Assembly (NCBI GenBank): GCA_965649205.1
Contig: CBFGJV010000004.1
Coordinates: 1 to 64,000 of the forward strand
Length of the DNA: 64,000 bases
Source of the DNA: a candidate division WOR-3 bacterium
Lineage (GTDB): Bacteria > Hydrothermota > Tepidihabitantia > Tepidihabitantales > Tepidihabitantaceae
Direction: 5' to 3'
The notes beneath the pieces were generated by a model. It searched no databases. It saw only the letters and a program-made list of their open reading frames with translations, and was not told where the DNA came from. Below are positions 1 through 9,036 of the stretch, piece after piece. Each line of letters begins with the position of its first letter. The stretch's first letter is position 1. A program made the position numbers and the translations under genes.

Positions 1-98
1 CATAAGTACCACGACCCACAGTGCCACTATGGTACTTGCGACGGACTTGTTACATTTGTATTACTCCTTTACCGCACTCTTGTTTGCTGCGGCGGAGA

Positions 99-126
99 AT
101 GTTAACCCTCGGCCGCCGCTTGTCAA
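99..126 (-). promoter_or_regulatory. sigma70-type promoter for a gene running off the left edge
   Basis: Minus strand TTGACA (126-121), 16 nt, TAACAT (104-99); AAAGGAG RBS at 70-64. Confidence 0.55.
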
Positions 127-360
127 TGTCGCGACTTTCGCCAGAAAAATTTCCGGGCTTTTTTGGGAAACAGGCTCCTTGTGTCTTCCAATGCCCCCAC
201 GCATCGGCCCGCAACAAAGAAAACTACGTTAAGGTTACACGACTACACTCCGTGCAGAACCTATTTGAGATAGATCCAAATTATGGCCACCATCGACAGA
301 ATACAGGCCTGCCTCTGTATGAAGCAGACCTGTATGGGACGCTCTAACCCGGGAAATATG

Positions 361-879
361 TTATCTGCTCATTACCAGCTTCTCGGTCAATGCCACGTTA
401 ACGCTTATCAGTCGGCAGAAGTATATGCCCGGGGAGAGTCTCCTGCCCTGTTCATCTGTTCCGTTCCAGCTCAAACCGTATCCGCCTGGCTTCTGCTCAC
501 CTTGCACCAACGTCTTCACCAGCCTACCCGTCAGGTCATGAATTCGCAATAATACCAACCCGGGCGCTGGAAACGAGTAGTAGACCAGCAAACACTCGCC
601 AAACGGATTTGGGGAAACCAAGAGGGTAGGCTTCAAAGTCTGCGGCGGGCTCTGTCCTTCGGACAGGCCAGTCTGAATATCAGAATGCCAGAAGCCAATA
701 TGCGCCCAATAGGAAGTACCGGTCAGCTGCCCGGCAGCAGTCTGACCTGCCGTGGCGCCACACAGATACGCCGACCCGCTCATTTCCCCGCCAGCTGTAC
801 CATTCACAGCCCACTCACACTTGTACGCCTGGGCGAAAACTATAGAACAACAGAAAATGGCCGACACTACGCGATACAT
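361..879 (-). CDS. small secreted protein with Gly-rich N-terminal motif and C-terminal T9SS type-A/FlgD-like domain
   Basis: Signal peptide; motif YKCEWAVNGTAGGEMSGSAY...GQTAAG...IGFW; tail SPNPF...IHDLTGRLVKTL...WNGTDEQGRRLSPGIYFCRL; AGGAGG RBS. Confidence 0.8.
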   Translation of the reverse strand: MYRVVSAIFCCSIVFAQAYKCEWAVNGTAGGEMSGSAYLCGATAGQTAAGQLTGTSYWAHIGFWHSDIQTGLSEGQSPPQTLKPTLLVSPNPFGECLLVYYSFPAPGLVLLRIHDLTGRLVKTLVQGEQKPGGYGLSWNGTDEQGRRLSPGIYFCRLISVNVALTEKLVMSR

Positions 880-888
880 ATGCGCCTC

Positions 889-2824
889 CTACCGACCGTC
901 GGCTGTCGGCGTAACCAAGGGCCCTTCACTGCTCTGCATAACAGAAGCTGGCTGCAGCGAAGGAGACCGGCACTGGCCATTACCTTCTGACGACTCTGTA
1001 ATGGCAATCGGTTGCCCTGGCTGTACTATCGGCCTCTGCTCGTACCCTTTCAGCCGGCCAATCGCTATCCAGGTGAAGGTAGCGTCAGGGGTGCCATCTA
1101 GCAGTTCCCTCACCGTAAAGCCGTCAGCAGACTGTCTATCCACAAAAAGACCATTACACTTCGCAGTCGGCGTGACAATCACTTTTAGCGGAACTTCAGA
1201 AGAAACAGCATCCTGAAATTGCGTCTCCAACTTCACCTCAGCCGTCCCTCCAAACAATCGGCCGGTGCCGGAAGTGATTATCTCCAGATCCGGAGAAACA
1301 ACACTGTAACCGGTACCGCCGTCACTCAAGAGAGTCTGCCAGCCGCCAGAGGCATAACAGTGGCCCTGCACATAAAGACCTCGTACTGTGCTCCCGGTCC
1401 CAGTAGCGTTATAGGCGGTAAGGGCATAATAGGTATTGTTATTGTTGCAGAAGTAACCGCCCCGGCCATTGTTAGAGTTGACATAGGCGCCATTGCCGGA
1501 ATTCATCACAAAAAGACCATAGCGATTGGCATTGGTGACCCAGAGGCCATCATTTCCTGTGCTTTCAACCGCAAAAGCGTTATAGCCGGATTTTCTTACC
1601 CAAACGGGGGTAAAACCGGGGTGGCACGAATCAATCATAACAGCGTTGCGATTTGTGTTCCTTACATACAAACCAAAGCTATCCGCGTTCTCCACCCTTA
1701 TTCCATGACGAGCAGCCCCTAGTATTCGCAATCCATTTCCTCCGCTATATGAGGCAACTATGCCGTCGCCAGCGCTATATTGACTAATAAAACCCAAACC
1801 CTGGCTGTAGCTGGAGCTGGATACATAACCGGCCTGTCGCGCATTCTGCGTCCAGTAGCCATTCCACACGGTATCAGATGCTATAAAAGCACAGGCTCCG
1901 GTAGTCTTACCGACCGATATGCCGTGGTAATTCTGGGGAACAAGGTACAACACTGGGGCGTAGCTACTGACGACCAGAGTGCAGGGCTTAGCCAGGTCCA
2001 CTCCGCGCAAGCTGCCGTCGATTACCTCTGCTGACCCCCACTGCATCCGCAGCAATAGTTGGATTCGGATAGGTTCCGGTAAGGTCTCCACCTGCCGCCT
2101 GCGCCTCATTCACATACCTTCCATCTCCCCAAGTAGAATCAAACCCAACCGTGCCCGTACCTGTTATAGGATTCGGCGAACACACAATACCGGTACCCTG
2201 TCCCACAGAAGTCACCGTACCCGTGCCTCCTCCGCCCACGCTGTCATTGCGCGGCTGCCACGAACTCCCAGTCCATTTGAGCACTTGACCAGTCACGGCG
2301 CCTTTCTGGGCCAGCACCGGCGCCGGATAACTGCCAGCCAGATCACCACCCGCAGCTCCCGCAGGCACCGCGGCCAAAGCGTAATTGGCACTGTCAGCCT
2401 TGTAAGCGTACGCCGCACTCACTAGCCGCAACCGCGGCGTAAGCTCAGCCGCCCCCACCTGCATACCCAGATACAACGTACCGGCATCCGGCACCACACT
2501 CACCGGCGTAACCGAACCCAGAAGCACAGAAAACAAACCATTCTTGGTCTGCACATTCTGCGTCTCGCTCCAGAATGCCGTGCCTCCTGTCGGTACCGTA
2601 TACAGCCGGAACACTGCTGAGTAGACTGAGTCTTTCACCGGCGCGCCCGTATTGTCCGTCAGCCTGCCCTGATAGGACAAAAGCCGAGGGATGTTCACGG
2701 CATCACCTACCAGACTAGTCTGCGGCGCACCGTCGCCAGTTGCCTCTGGCATCACCACTGCCTCTTCTGCTGCCCAGGCGCATATGGCCACGAGCAACGA
2801 CAGGATGAGCATTGCTCCTTTCAT
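889..2824 (-). pseudogene. tail-fibre-like secreted protein (~644 aa) interrupted by a single +1 frameshift (pseudogene, phase variation or sequence error)
   Basis: ORF 1988..2824 (signal peptide, LSYQGRLTD domain, GGDLxGxYPxP repeats) and ORF 889..2109 join as ...IAADAVG-SAEVIDGSL... if one base of the C5/G5 run at 2035-2039 is removed; AAGGAGG RBS upstream of 2824. Confidence 0.75.
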
Positions 2825-2947
2825 CTTGCCTCCTTTTGCCCCTTTTCAGGGCGTTTATACTGTCTCCCTGCTCTTACCGATCGTTCTAATGCGTCAATCG
2901 GTAACTCAAAACATCAGCAAAAAATGAGGCAACCGCCATTATCGCAC

Positions 2948-4621
2948 CTAGCGCCGCAGAACCGCCTTCTGAACCAGCATTCCTCGAGGTGTAACTAACT
3001 GCAGCAGATAAACACCAGTTTCCAAAGACAGTGTATTTAGACTGAAACCGACTCCCTCGGCTTCTTTTACTACCTGTGTGCAACTGCGGATAAACCTGCC
3101 ACTCGGGTCATACACCCGTAACTCCACTTTGCCCGTGACGGACGTCAAAAAGTCCACTCGGCAAGTATGAGACAAGGGGTTGGGCAGAATCTGAAAAGCT
3201 ACACCCTGCGGCAACTGCTTTTCCCGACTCTCTTCTATGCCCTGAACCAGATTGGACATGGACAGACGCCCGGCTCCTAGTTTCCCTTGGGCGAACAAAG
3301 TATCTGGCATCGCTGCACAAGCTGCGAACAGCTTGGAAGTGCACGCCGTATTGGTCAGTCCGGGTTCGTAAGATTTCATCCAGCAGGTCACACCTGCAAC
3401 CAGAGGCGTAGCGGCTGAGGTCCCTCCACCCGCACCATAGTAACCACCGCTTCGATTCACGGTGGTGAGAATATTCGTACCCGGGGCACACAACCCTATC
3501 CAGGAACCATAATTGGAGTAGTCCGCCTTATAATCCAGGGTATCAGAGCCAGCCACAGCGATTACTCCAGGATAGCAAGCTGGATAGAACTTCTGCTCCT
3601 TGGCATTATTACCCGCCCCTCCGAAAAGCACACAGCCCTCATTCCAGGCGTATAGGCACACGTATTCCAATGCCATATAGCGGGATGTGTCTCCGAAACT
3701 CATGGAAATAGCCCACACCCCTCGGGGTACGGCATAGTGAATCGCAGCTACAGCTGCATCCAGGTATATACCTCCGTCGCGGCCACAGCGTACGACCATC
3801 GACCTAACATTCCACGGCGGTGCGGCCACGCCCTCACTGTTATTTGTAACCGCGTTGGCTATACCACAACAGAAAGTACCGTGTCCATCTACCAGTTTGG
3901 GCATGGGAACAGGGTCCCGGTCCAAGAAGTCATAACCTATGACATCGTCCCGGTACAGATTACCATCCTGATCTATGTCGTCCAAGTCCCCCCAGGGTGG
4001 AGGCAGAGTATCAAACTTACCATTACCGTTGATGTCTTCGGGATGATTTATCCAAACGTTGGCATTCAAATCGGGATGTAACCAGTCAACCCCCATGTCT
4101 ATGACGAGTAGTACAACTGCGGAATCGCCCTTGGCTCTAGCCCAAGCAGTCGGTGCGCCGATTCGTTCCAGATGCCATTGCCGGTTGTAGAGGGAATCGT
4201 TGGGAACTTCCAGCACTGGCAGCACGGCGTTAGGTTCGGCGTACTCCACCAGTCCCGTAGCTTCGTATGCTCGACATACTTCCCACACGCTGTAACCCGG
4301 GTCAAACTGAACCACATACTGCAGGTCAACTCCCAGACGAAGAGCATTGTCGCTGGGACGAGGGTTACAGAACAAAGAGGTGATGTTGTCAACTCCATAG
4401 CGATGGCTCAACTCATCCAGAGCCGGCACACCAAAGAAAGCAAGCTGATCGGCAGATTGAAGGGATATTTTCTCCCGGAGCTCGGGCTTCAGTTGCAGAA
4501 TAAGCTGACCGGCAACGAAACGGCGTCCCTGTTCTGTAATTACGGGACGAGTCCGGTCTAAGCGAGCAAAGGCAAGTGCGGCTGCCACGCTGCAGAAGAT
4601 AAAGACTGATTTCCGTAACAA
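2948..4621 (-). CDS. S8 (subtilisin-family) serine peptidase with C-terminal T9SS-like domain
   Basis: Signal peptide and prodomain ending YAEPN; catalytic motifs VIDMG, GHGT, GAGN, GTSAATP; PNP...YDPSGR...GVYLL tail; TTG start with AGGAGGT RBS. Confidence 0.9.
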   Translation of the reverse strand: MLRKSVFIFCSVAAALAFARLDRTRPVITEQGRRFVAGQLILQLKPELREKISLQSADQLAFFGVPALDELSHRYGVDNITSLFCNPRPSDNALRLGVDLQYVVQFDPGYSVWEVCRAYEATGLVEYAEPNAVLPVLEVPNDSLYNRQWHLERIGAPTAWARAKGDSAVVLLVIDMGVDWLHPDLNANVWINHPEDINGNGKFDTLPPPWGDLDDIDQDGNLYRDDVIGYDFLDRDPVPMPKLVDGHGTFCCGIANAVTNNSEGVAAPPWNVRSMVVRCGRDGGIYLDAAVAAIHYAVPRGVWAISMSFGDTSRYMALEYVCLYAWNEGCVLFGGAGNNAKEQKFYPACYPGVIAVAGSDTLDYKADYSNYGSWIGLCAPGTNILTTVNRSGGYYGAGGGTSAATPLVAGVTCWMKSYEPGLTNTACTSKLFAACAAMPDTLFAQGKLGAGRLSMSNLVQGIEESREKQLPQGVAFQILPNPLSHTCRVDFLTSVTGKVELRVYDPSGRFIRSCTQVVKEAEGVGFSLNTLSLETGVYLLQLVTPRGMLVQKAVLRR

Positions 4622-4760
4622 AGCTACCTCCTTTTGTACCCGTGCAGTATAATAGGCTACGGTTGCTGGCTGTCAATCCGTGAACCACAACCCCCTGCAA
4701 TACGGGTTGTAACAAACTGGCTGAATAGTTATACTAAGACTGCATATGCAGGAGGTGTCT

Positions 4761-5444
4761 ATGTCCAGAGCTTGCGTTGTTGTAATCCTGTTAACCGCAA
4801 CTTTGGCTTCGGGAGCCAATCTCATCGTCAACTCTTCTTTTGAATATTGGCTGTTTGGATCACCAGTGGGGTGGGTAACTTCTAACGCGGTAGTGGAAAG
4901 CACAGTTGTGCGTGATACCAATGCTCATAGCGGCCGCTATTGCGCGCTGCTGCGCGGCGCTGACACCTCCGCCTTTGTAACAACCACAACTGTTGTACGA
5001 CCGGGAATCCACTATCGGTTCGGAGCATTCTGCCGGATACCGGGCTTACTCCCGGGCTCTTTTATTCTGCAGTTTACCACTCTGCGCGCCGACCCGGTAG
5101 GTAATCCGATAATTCTTCCTGCAATTTACTCGGGCCGCAACTACCGTGAATACGCGCGCTGGGTTACTGCCCCAGAATCGGCTTTCTTTCTTGTGGTAAC
5201 TTTTTCCACCCTGCCGCAGGGCACCGCTTATCTGGACGATGTGACACTGGAAGACACTACCTTTCTCGGTCTAGAAGAAAAAAGCACCTTTGCGCGGCCT
5301 TTTATCAGCCCGACCCGCAAAATTGTCGTACCCCCAGGATGCCGGCTGCCCGTGACGCCAGACATAGTGGTATATGATGCCACGGGCCGCAAATTCAGAG
5401 GCAACCTGCCCCAAGGAATCTATTTTCTTGCTCCAAAACGCTGA
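4761..5444 (+). CDS. secreted CBM4/9-like carbohydrate-binding domain protein with short T9SS-like tail
   Basis: GGAGGTG RBS before ATG 4761; signal peptide; NLIVNSSFE...AHSGRYC...YLDDVTL; tail VYDATGR...LPQGIYF. Confidence 0.7.
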   Translation: MSRACVVVILLTATLASGANLIVNSSFEYWLFGSPVGWVTSNAVVESTVVRDTNAHSGRYCALLRGADTSAFVTTTTVVRPGIHYRFGAFCRIPGLLPGSFILQFTTLRADPVGNPIILPAIYSGRNYREYARWVTAPESAFFLVVTFSTLPQGTAYLDDVTLEDTTFLGLEEKSTFARPFISPTRKIVVPPGCRLPVTPDIVVYDATGRKFRGNLPQGIYFLAPKR

Positions 5445-7062
5445 TACGGGAGGGGAATTTTCCGCGCCTCCTGGCTGCAGTCCAGATTAGCAGAACGAGA
5501 AACAGAACCGCCGTCAGCGCAAAGTGATACCACAGCCACGCTGGTAATCCCCACCAGAACACATCAGGCCTGTTCCAATTCCAGAAGTCAAAACTCGCCA
5601 CAAACAAAAGACCAAAAACAGCTATCCAGCCCCAGGCTGAACCAGATATCTGTGCCATAACTGGAAGTGGCTGTGCGGGCCAGAGTATGTTACCAATCAC
5701 CAAGACAACCGTTGTCACCAGCACCACCGGAATCACCGGCAGCACTCCCGCAGCAGGGAGGAGCTTGAAGTAATACAGTACTACTAAGGTCTCTCCAGCA
5801 ATAATAGAGACCAAAGCCGCTCTCGAATTCGTCCTGCGCCAGTACACCGCCGCAAAAGTGACGGGGAAAAGCACAGCAAGACCGGTAAAGGTTTGGGTCG
5901 CTATCGCCCTTATTGTCGCCACCGGCCGCAACGCCAGCGCAAGACCTGCCAGCCCCAGAAGTACCACTACGACACGAGACCAGACAGGCGTGGAATCCTC
6001 CCTGCGCCACAGAATATCGCGCACCAGCATTGAACTCAGCGTCAGAAGCTGAGAATCCATAGTGGACATCATCGCCGCAAGCACACCCGCTACGACCACC
6101 GCGGCCAGCCAGCTGGGCAGAAACCGGCCAGCCACAAGCGGCAACACCTCATCTGCCGCTCTGCCAGCCAGGCCCGGCTCCACCAGTCGCGCCATGACTC
6201 CAACTGCAACTGGCAGGAAAAATAATCCCCCGGTTATCAAGGGATATGACAGCGCCGTGAATCGAAGGGAATGTTCGTCCCGTGCAGCCAGAAAGCGCTG
6301 AAATAACTGCGGAAACATAGGATCACACAAAAACCACAGCGCCATGTAAGAAAACCAGATACCTGGCAAAAACTCGCCCTCCGGCCCAGGTCGGGAAAAT
6401 AAATCAGGCCACCGTTCCCGCACGGCCATATTAACCTCGGTAAAACCTCCCAGCCCACGCACCACGCCAACAAAAATCGCCAAAAGCGCGGCCAGCATCA
6501 CTCCTCCCTGCAACACATCCGTCCAGATGTCTCCGCGCAACCCCGCGGCAATCACATATCCGACTCCTACCACTGTCACCAGAATTACTCCCCAGGTATA
6601 AGGAATCCCCAGCAGCCTGTTCAGGGCATACCCTGCGCCCATGGGCTGCAACGCTATGTAAGGCAAGGTAAACACGATCATCACTGCAGCAAAAACAAGT
6701 TGCAGCCATCTGTTTCCCAGGCGCGAAAAAATAAACTCTGCCGGTGTCACTACGCCCCGGCTCTGACTCCAGCGCCATATAGGTACGCCCAGAAAAATAA
6801 AGGTCAGGGCCATAAACCCGGTACCGAAAGCCATTATCGGGTAATAAGCGTACCCGGATCGGTAACCCTCACCAGCAAACCCGAGTACGGTGAAGGCGGA
6901 GAAGTTCGTGGCCGCCATGGTCAAAAGCAGAAACAGCGGCCCCACCGTCCTACTGGCCAAAAAAAAGTCTTCCTGCCCGGGGCGGCTACGGCGTCGGGCC
7001 AATAACCCCAACACGGCCAGCGCCGCTAGATACCCAAGAATGATGATTACTTTGGTCATCAT
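5395..7062 (-). CDS. sodium:solute symporter family protein with C-terminal DUF3311-like extension
   Basis: EDFFLASR, ATNFSAFTVLGFAG, WTDVLQG, PQLFQRFLAA and AAMMSTMDSQLL motifs; many TM segments; AAGGAG RBS. Confidence 0.88.
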   Translation of the reverse strand: MMTKVIIILGYLAALAVLGLLARRRSRPGQEDFFLASRTVGPLFLLLTMAATNFSAFTVLGFAGEGYRSGYAYYPIMAFGTGFMALTFIFLGVPIWRWSQSRGVVTPAEFIFSRLGNRWLQLVFAAVMIVFTLPYIALQPMGAGYALNRLLGIPYTWGVILVTVVGVGYVIAAGLRGDIWTDVLQGGVMLAALLAIFVGVVRGLGGFTEVNMAVRERWPDLFSRPGPEGEFLPGIWFSYMALWFLCDPMFPQLFQRFLAARDEHSLRFTALSYPLITGGLFFLPVAVGVMARLVEPGLAGRAADEVLPLVAGRFLPSWLAAVVVAGVLAAMMSTMDSQLLTLSSMLVRDILWRREDSTPVWSRVVVVLLGLAGLALALRPVATIRAIATQTFTGLAVLFPVTFAAVYWRRTNSRAALVSIIAGETLVVLYYFKLLPAAGVLPVIPVVLVTTVVLVIGNILWPAQPLPVMAQISGSAWGWIAVFGLLFVASFDFWNWNRPDVFWWGLPAWLWYHFALTAVLFLVLLIWTAARRRGKFPSRISVLEQENRFLGAGCL

Positions 7063-7091
7063 TACTCCTTCGTGTGTTTTCTCCGGGACAG

Positions 7092-7122
7092 AAAAACCAT
7101 CCCGGGCCGACCGGGATGGCTT
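7092..7122 (-). terminator. intrinsic terminator-like hairpin between pheT and the symporter
   Basis: 9-bp stem CCATCCCGG/CCGGGATGG with 5-nt loop, followed by TTTTT on the minus strand. Confidence 0.65.
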
Positions 7123-7145
7123 GCGCCTGACATAGCCGGCCTAGA

Positions 7146-7174
7146 AACCTAACGAACACAGGCCCGGTTGTCAA
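7146..7174 (-). promoter_or_regulatory. sigma70-type promoter upstream of the symporter leader
   Basis: TTGACA (7174-7169), 17 nt, TAGGTT (7151-7146). Confidence 0.5.
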
Positions 7175-7200
7175 GACGGAAAACTGTCGGGGTCTTAGAA

Positions 7201-9036
7201 CTAAAGCAGTTGGTCCAGCTCTATCTCCAGCAGAGCAACCGGCTGCCCCAGGCCAAATCTCATCAGCACTTCCGGATGCACCTCACCCAGCAGGCCCCAC
7301 TCCAGATTCTTGCCCGCCCGACGAAAATAGACCCGCGCACAACGCCCGGAAATAAAGGTCGGGTGCTCGTACGGCTCAAAACTGCCGGCCAGGTCCAGTT
7401 CCCGCAGAAGTGTATCCGCCAACTGACGTACATCCACAAAACCCGCCCGAGGTCCGCAAATGCCCGCGGCCAACTTGCGCCTGCTCCTCACCCCAGTTTC
7501 AGCTTTCTGGTCCGGCACAAAACACTCCCCCACCTCAAACACCGCCTGAGGCATTTCCCTTGTAACATTCACTCTAAAGGTCGCCAGCAGACCGGAAAGC
7601 AGATGCGTACGCAGGATAGTCTGCTCGGTGCTGGCCGGATTCTCCAGCTGACAATACCCTACCTGCGGACGGAGACATTCCAAAGGCGCTGCCTCATTTG
7701 CTTGCAGCATATCAAAATGCTCCCGCTCGTTGGTAAGTGAGAGGGTCATTATCTCCAGATAGCCCAGACCGGTCATTATCCGCCGGCATGTTTCTGCAAG
7801 TTCTTCTATGGGCAGCGGCCGGCCCACAGTAAAGGTGGAAACCAGACGCGGTATAATACGCTGATACCCGTACGCAATACCCACATCTTCAATTATGTCG
7901 TACTCATGCATAATATCCGCCCGATAGGCCGGCACCAGAACACTTGCAGCGTCCGCCGATTCCGCACTTTGGTCACCTTCGGCAATACCATAACGCATAC
8001 GAGCAAGACAATCATCCAGACCTGTCACCTCAAAACCCAGAACCTGCCTCACTGTTTCCGGATGCACCTTCATTTCAGTTGGAGTAAAATCTGGACTAAC
8101 CTCCCTGTTTCCATCCGGATAAACCACTTCCACCGTTTCCACTTTTCCCCCCAGTTCAGACAAACTCGCGGCCATTACCGCCAGAGTTCGTACTATAGCG
8201 TTGCGATCCGGACCTGTTACGTCTATAAACAAATTTCTGGTTTCTGGTGTCACTCGGGTTGTCTCGCTGTTTATTATCGGTGGAAGGGAAAGTACCTGCC
8301 CCTGACTATCGCAAAGAAGAGGATATTGCGCATAACCTGCCAAAAGGTGTTTGTAGCCTATTCCCTTGGGATGCCTTGCCAGTATCTCTTCCGGTGTCAC
8401 CGCTACCATGCCTTCCGGCATGCCAAATAGCGGCACAAACTTCAGTTCCTGCGGCCCAACCGGCCGATACACAAACCCCGGAGTTACTTTGTCTAAGTCA
8501 TAAACCCCTATTGAAGCCCGCCTCCTATCGCGACCCAGCGCCCAGTGCAGATTCTCCTGCATTTTCATCAGCATACGCACAGTTTCATCGCCTCCGGGCA
8601 GATTACGCACCACACAGGCAACGATGTACGGCCGGATATTCTCCAACCCCGGCCTGACCGAAACGGAAAAGCCGGAGCTTTGCATCTCCCAGCGGGCCAG
8701 TCCGGTCTCGATGCCCAGATAACCCCGCATCGCCCGTGCCAGACCACACACATCAAACATATCTGGCCGCACGGGAAGCAGATTTATCCTTATCACTTCG
8801 GTGCTACCGGACAACGTCAGGTCCGTGCTGCCACACCAGCTGCACTTCTGATTGAAATCTTCGTGCTCCAGCACCTCGGTCGCCTGACCACACACCCCAC
8901 ATCGATAGGAAACAACAACTGCCCTGCCTTCAACATCCGAACCCAGCTCTTCCAGCGTCCGTATCAGTTCCTCCCGACCCAGGTCTCGCCCGACCAACCG
9001 GCGCAATTGCGTAATAGATATGTTCACTACCGGCAC
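7201..9036 (-). CDS. pheT: phenylalanine--tRNA ligase beta subunit, archaeal/eukaryotic type
   Basis: Likely GTG start at 9036 (MPVVNIS...) overlapping the pheS stop; RPDMFDVCGLAR, LSLPPIINSE, YRADIMHEYDIIEDVGIAYGY, GEVHPEVL; lacks bacterial OB-fold and anticodon-binding domains. Confidence 0.92.
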   Translation of the reverse strand: MPVVNISITQLRRLVGRDLGREELIRTLEELGSDVEGRAVVVSYRCGVCGQATEVLEHEDFNQKCSWCGSTDLTLSGSTEVIRINLLPVRPDMFDVCGLARAMRGYLGIETGLARWEMQSSGFSVSVRPGLENIRPYIVACVVRNLPGGDETVRMLMKMQENLHWALGRDRRRASIGVYDLDKVTPGFVYRPVGPQELKFVPLFGMPEGMVAVTPEEILARHPKGIGYKHLLAGYAQYPLLCDSQGQVLSLPPIINSETTRVTPETRNLFIDVTGPDRNAIVRTLAVMAASLSELGGKVETVEVVYPDGNREVSPDFTPTEMKVHPETVRQVLGFEVTGLDDCLARMRYGIAEGDQSAESADAASVLVPAYRADIMHEYDIIEDVGIAYGYQRIIPRLVSTFTVGRPLPIEELAETCRRIMTGLGYLEIMTLSLTNEREHFDMLQANEAAPLECLRPQVGYCQLENPASTEQTILRTHLLSGLLATFRVNVTREMPQAVFEVGECFVPDQKAETGVRSRRKLAAGICGPRAGFVDVRQLADTLLRELDLAGSFEPYEHPTFISGRCARVYFRRAGKNLEWGLLGEVHPEVLMRFGLGQPVALLEIELDQLL

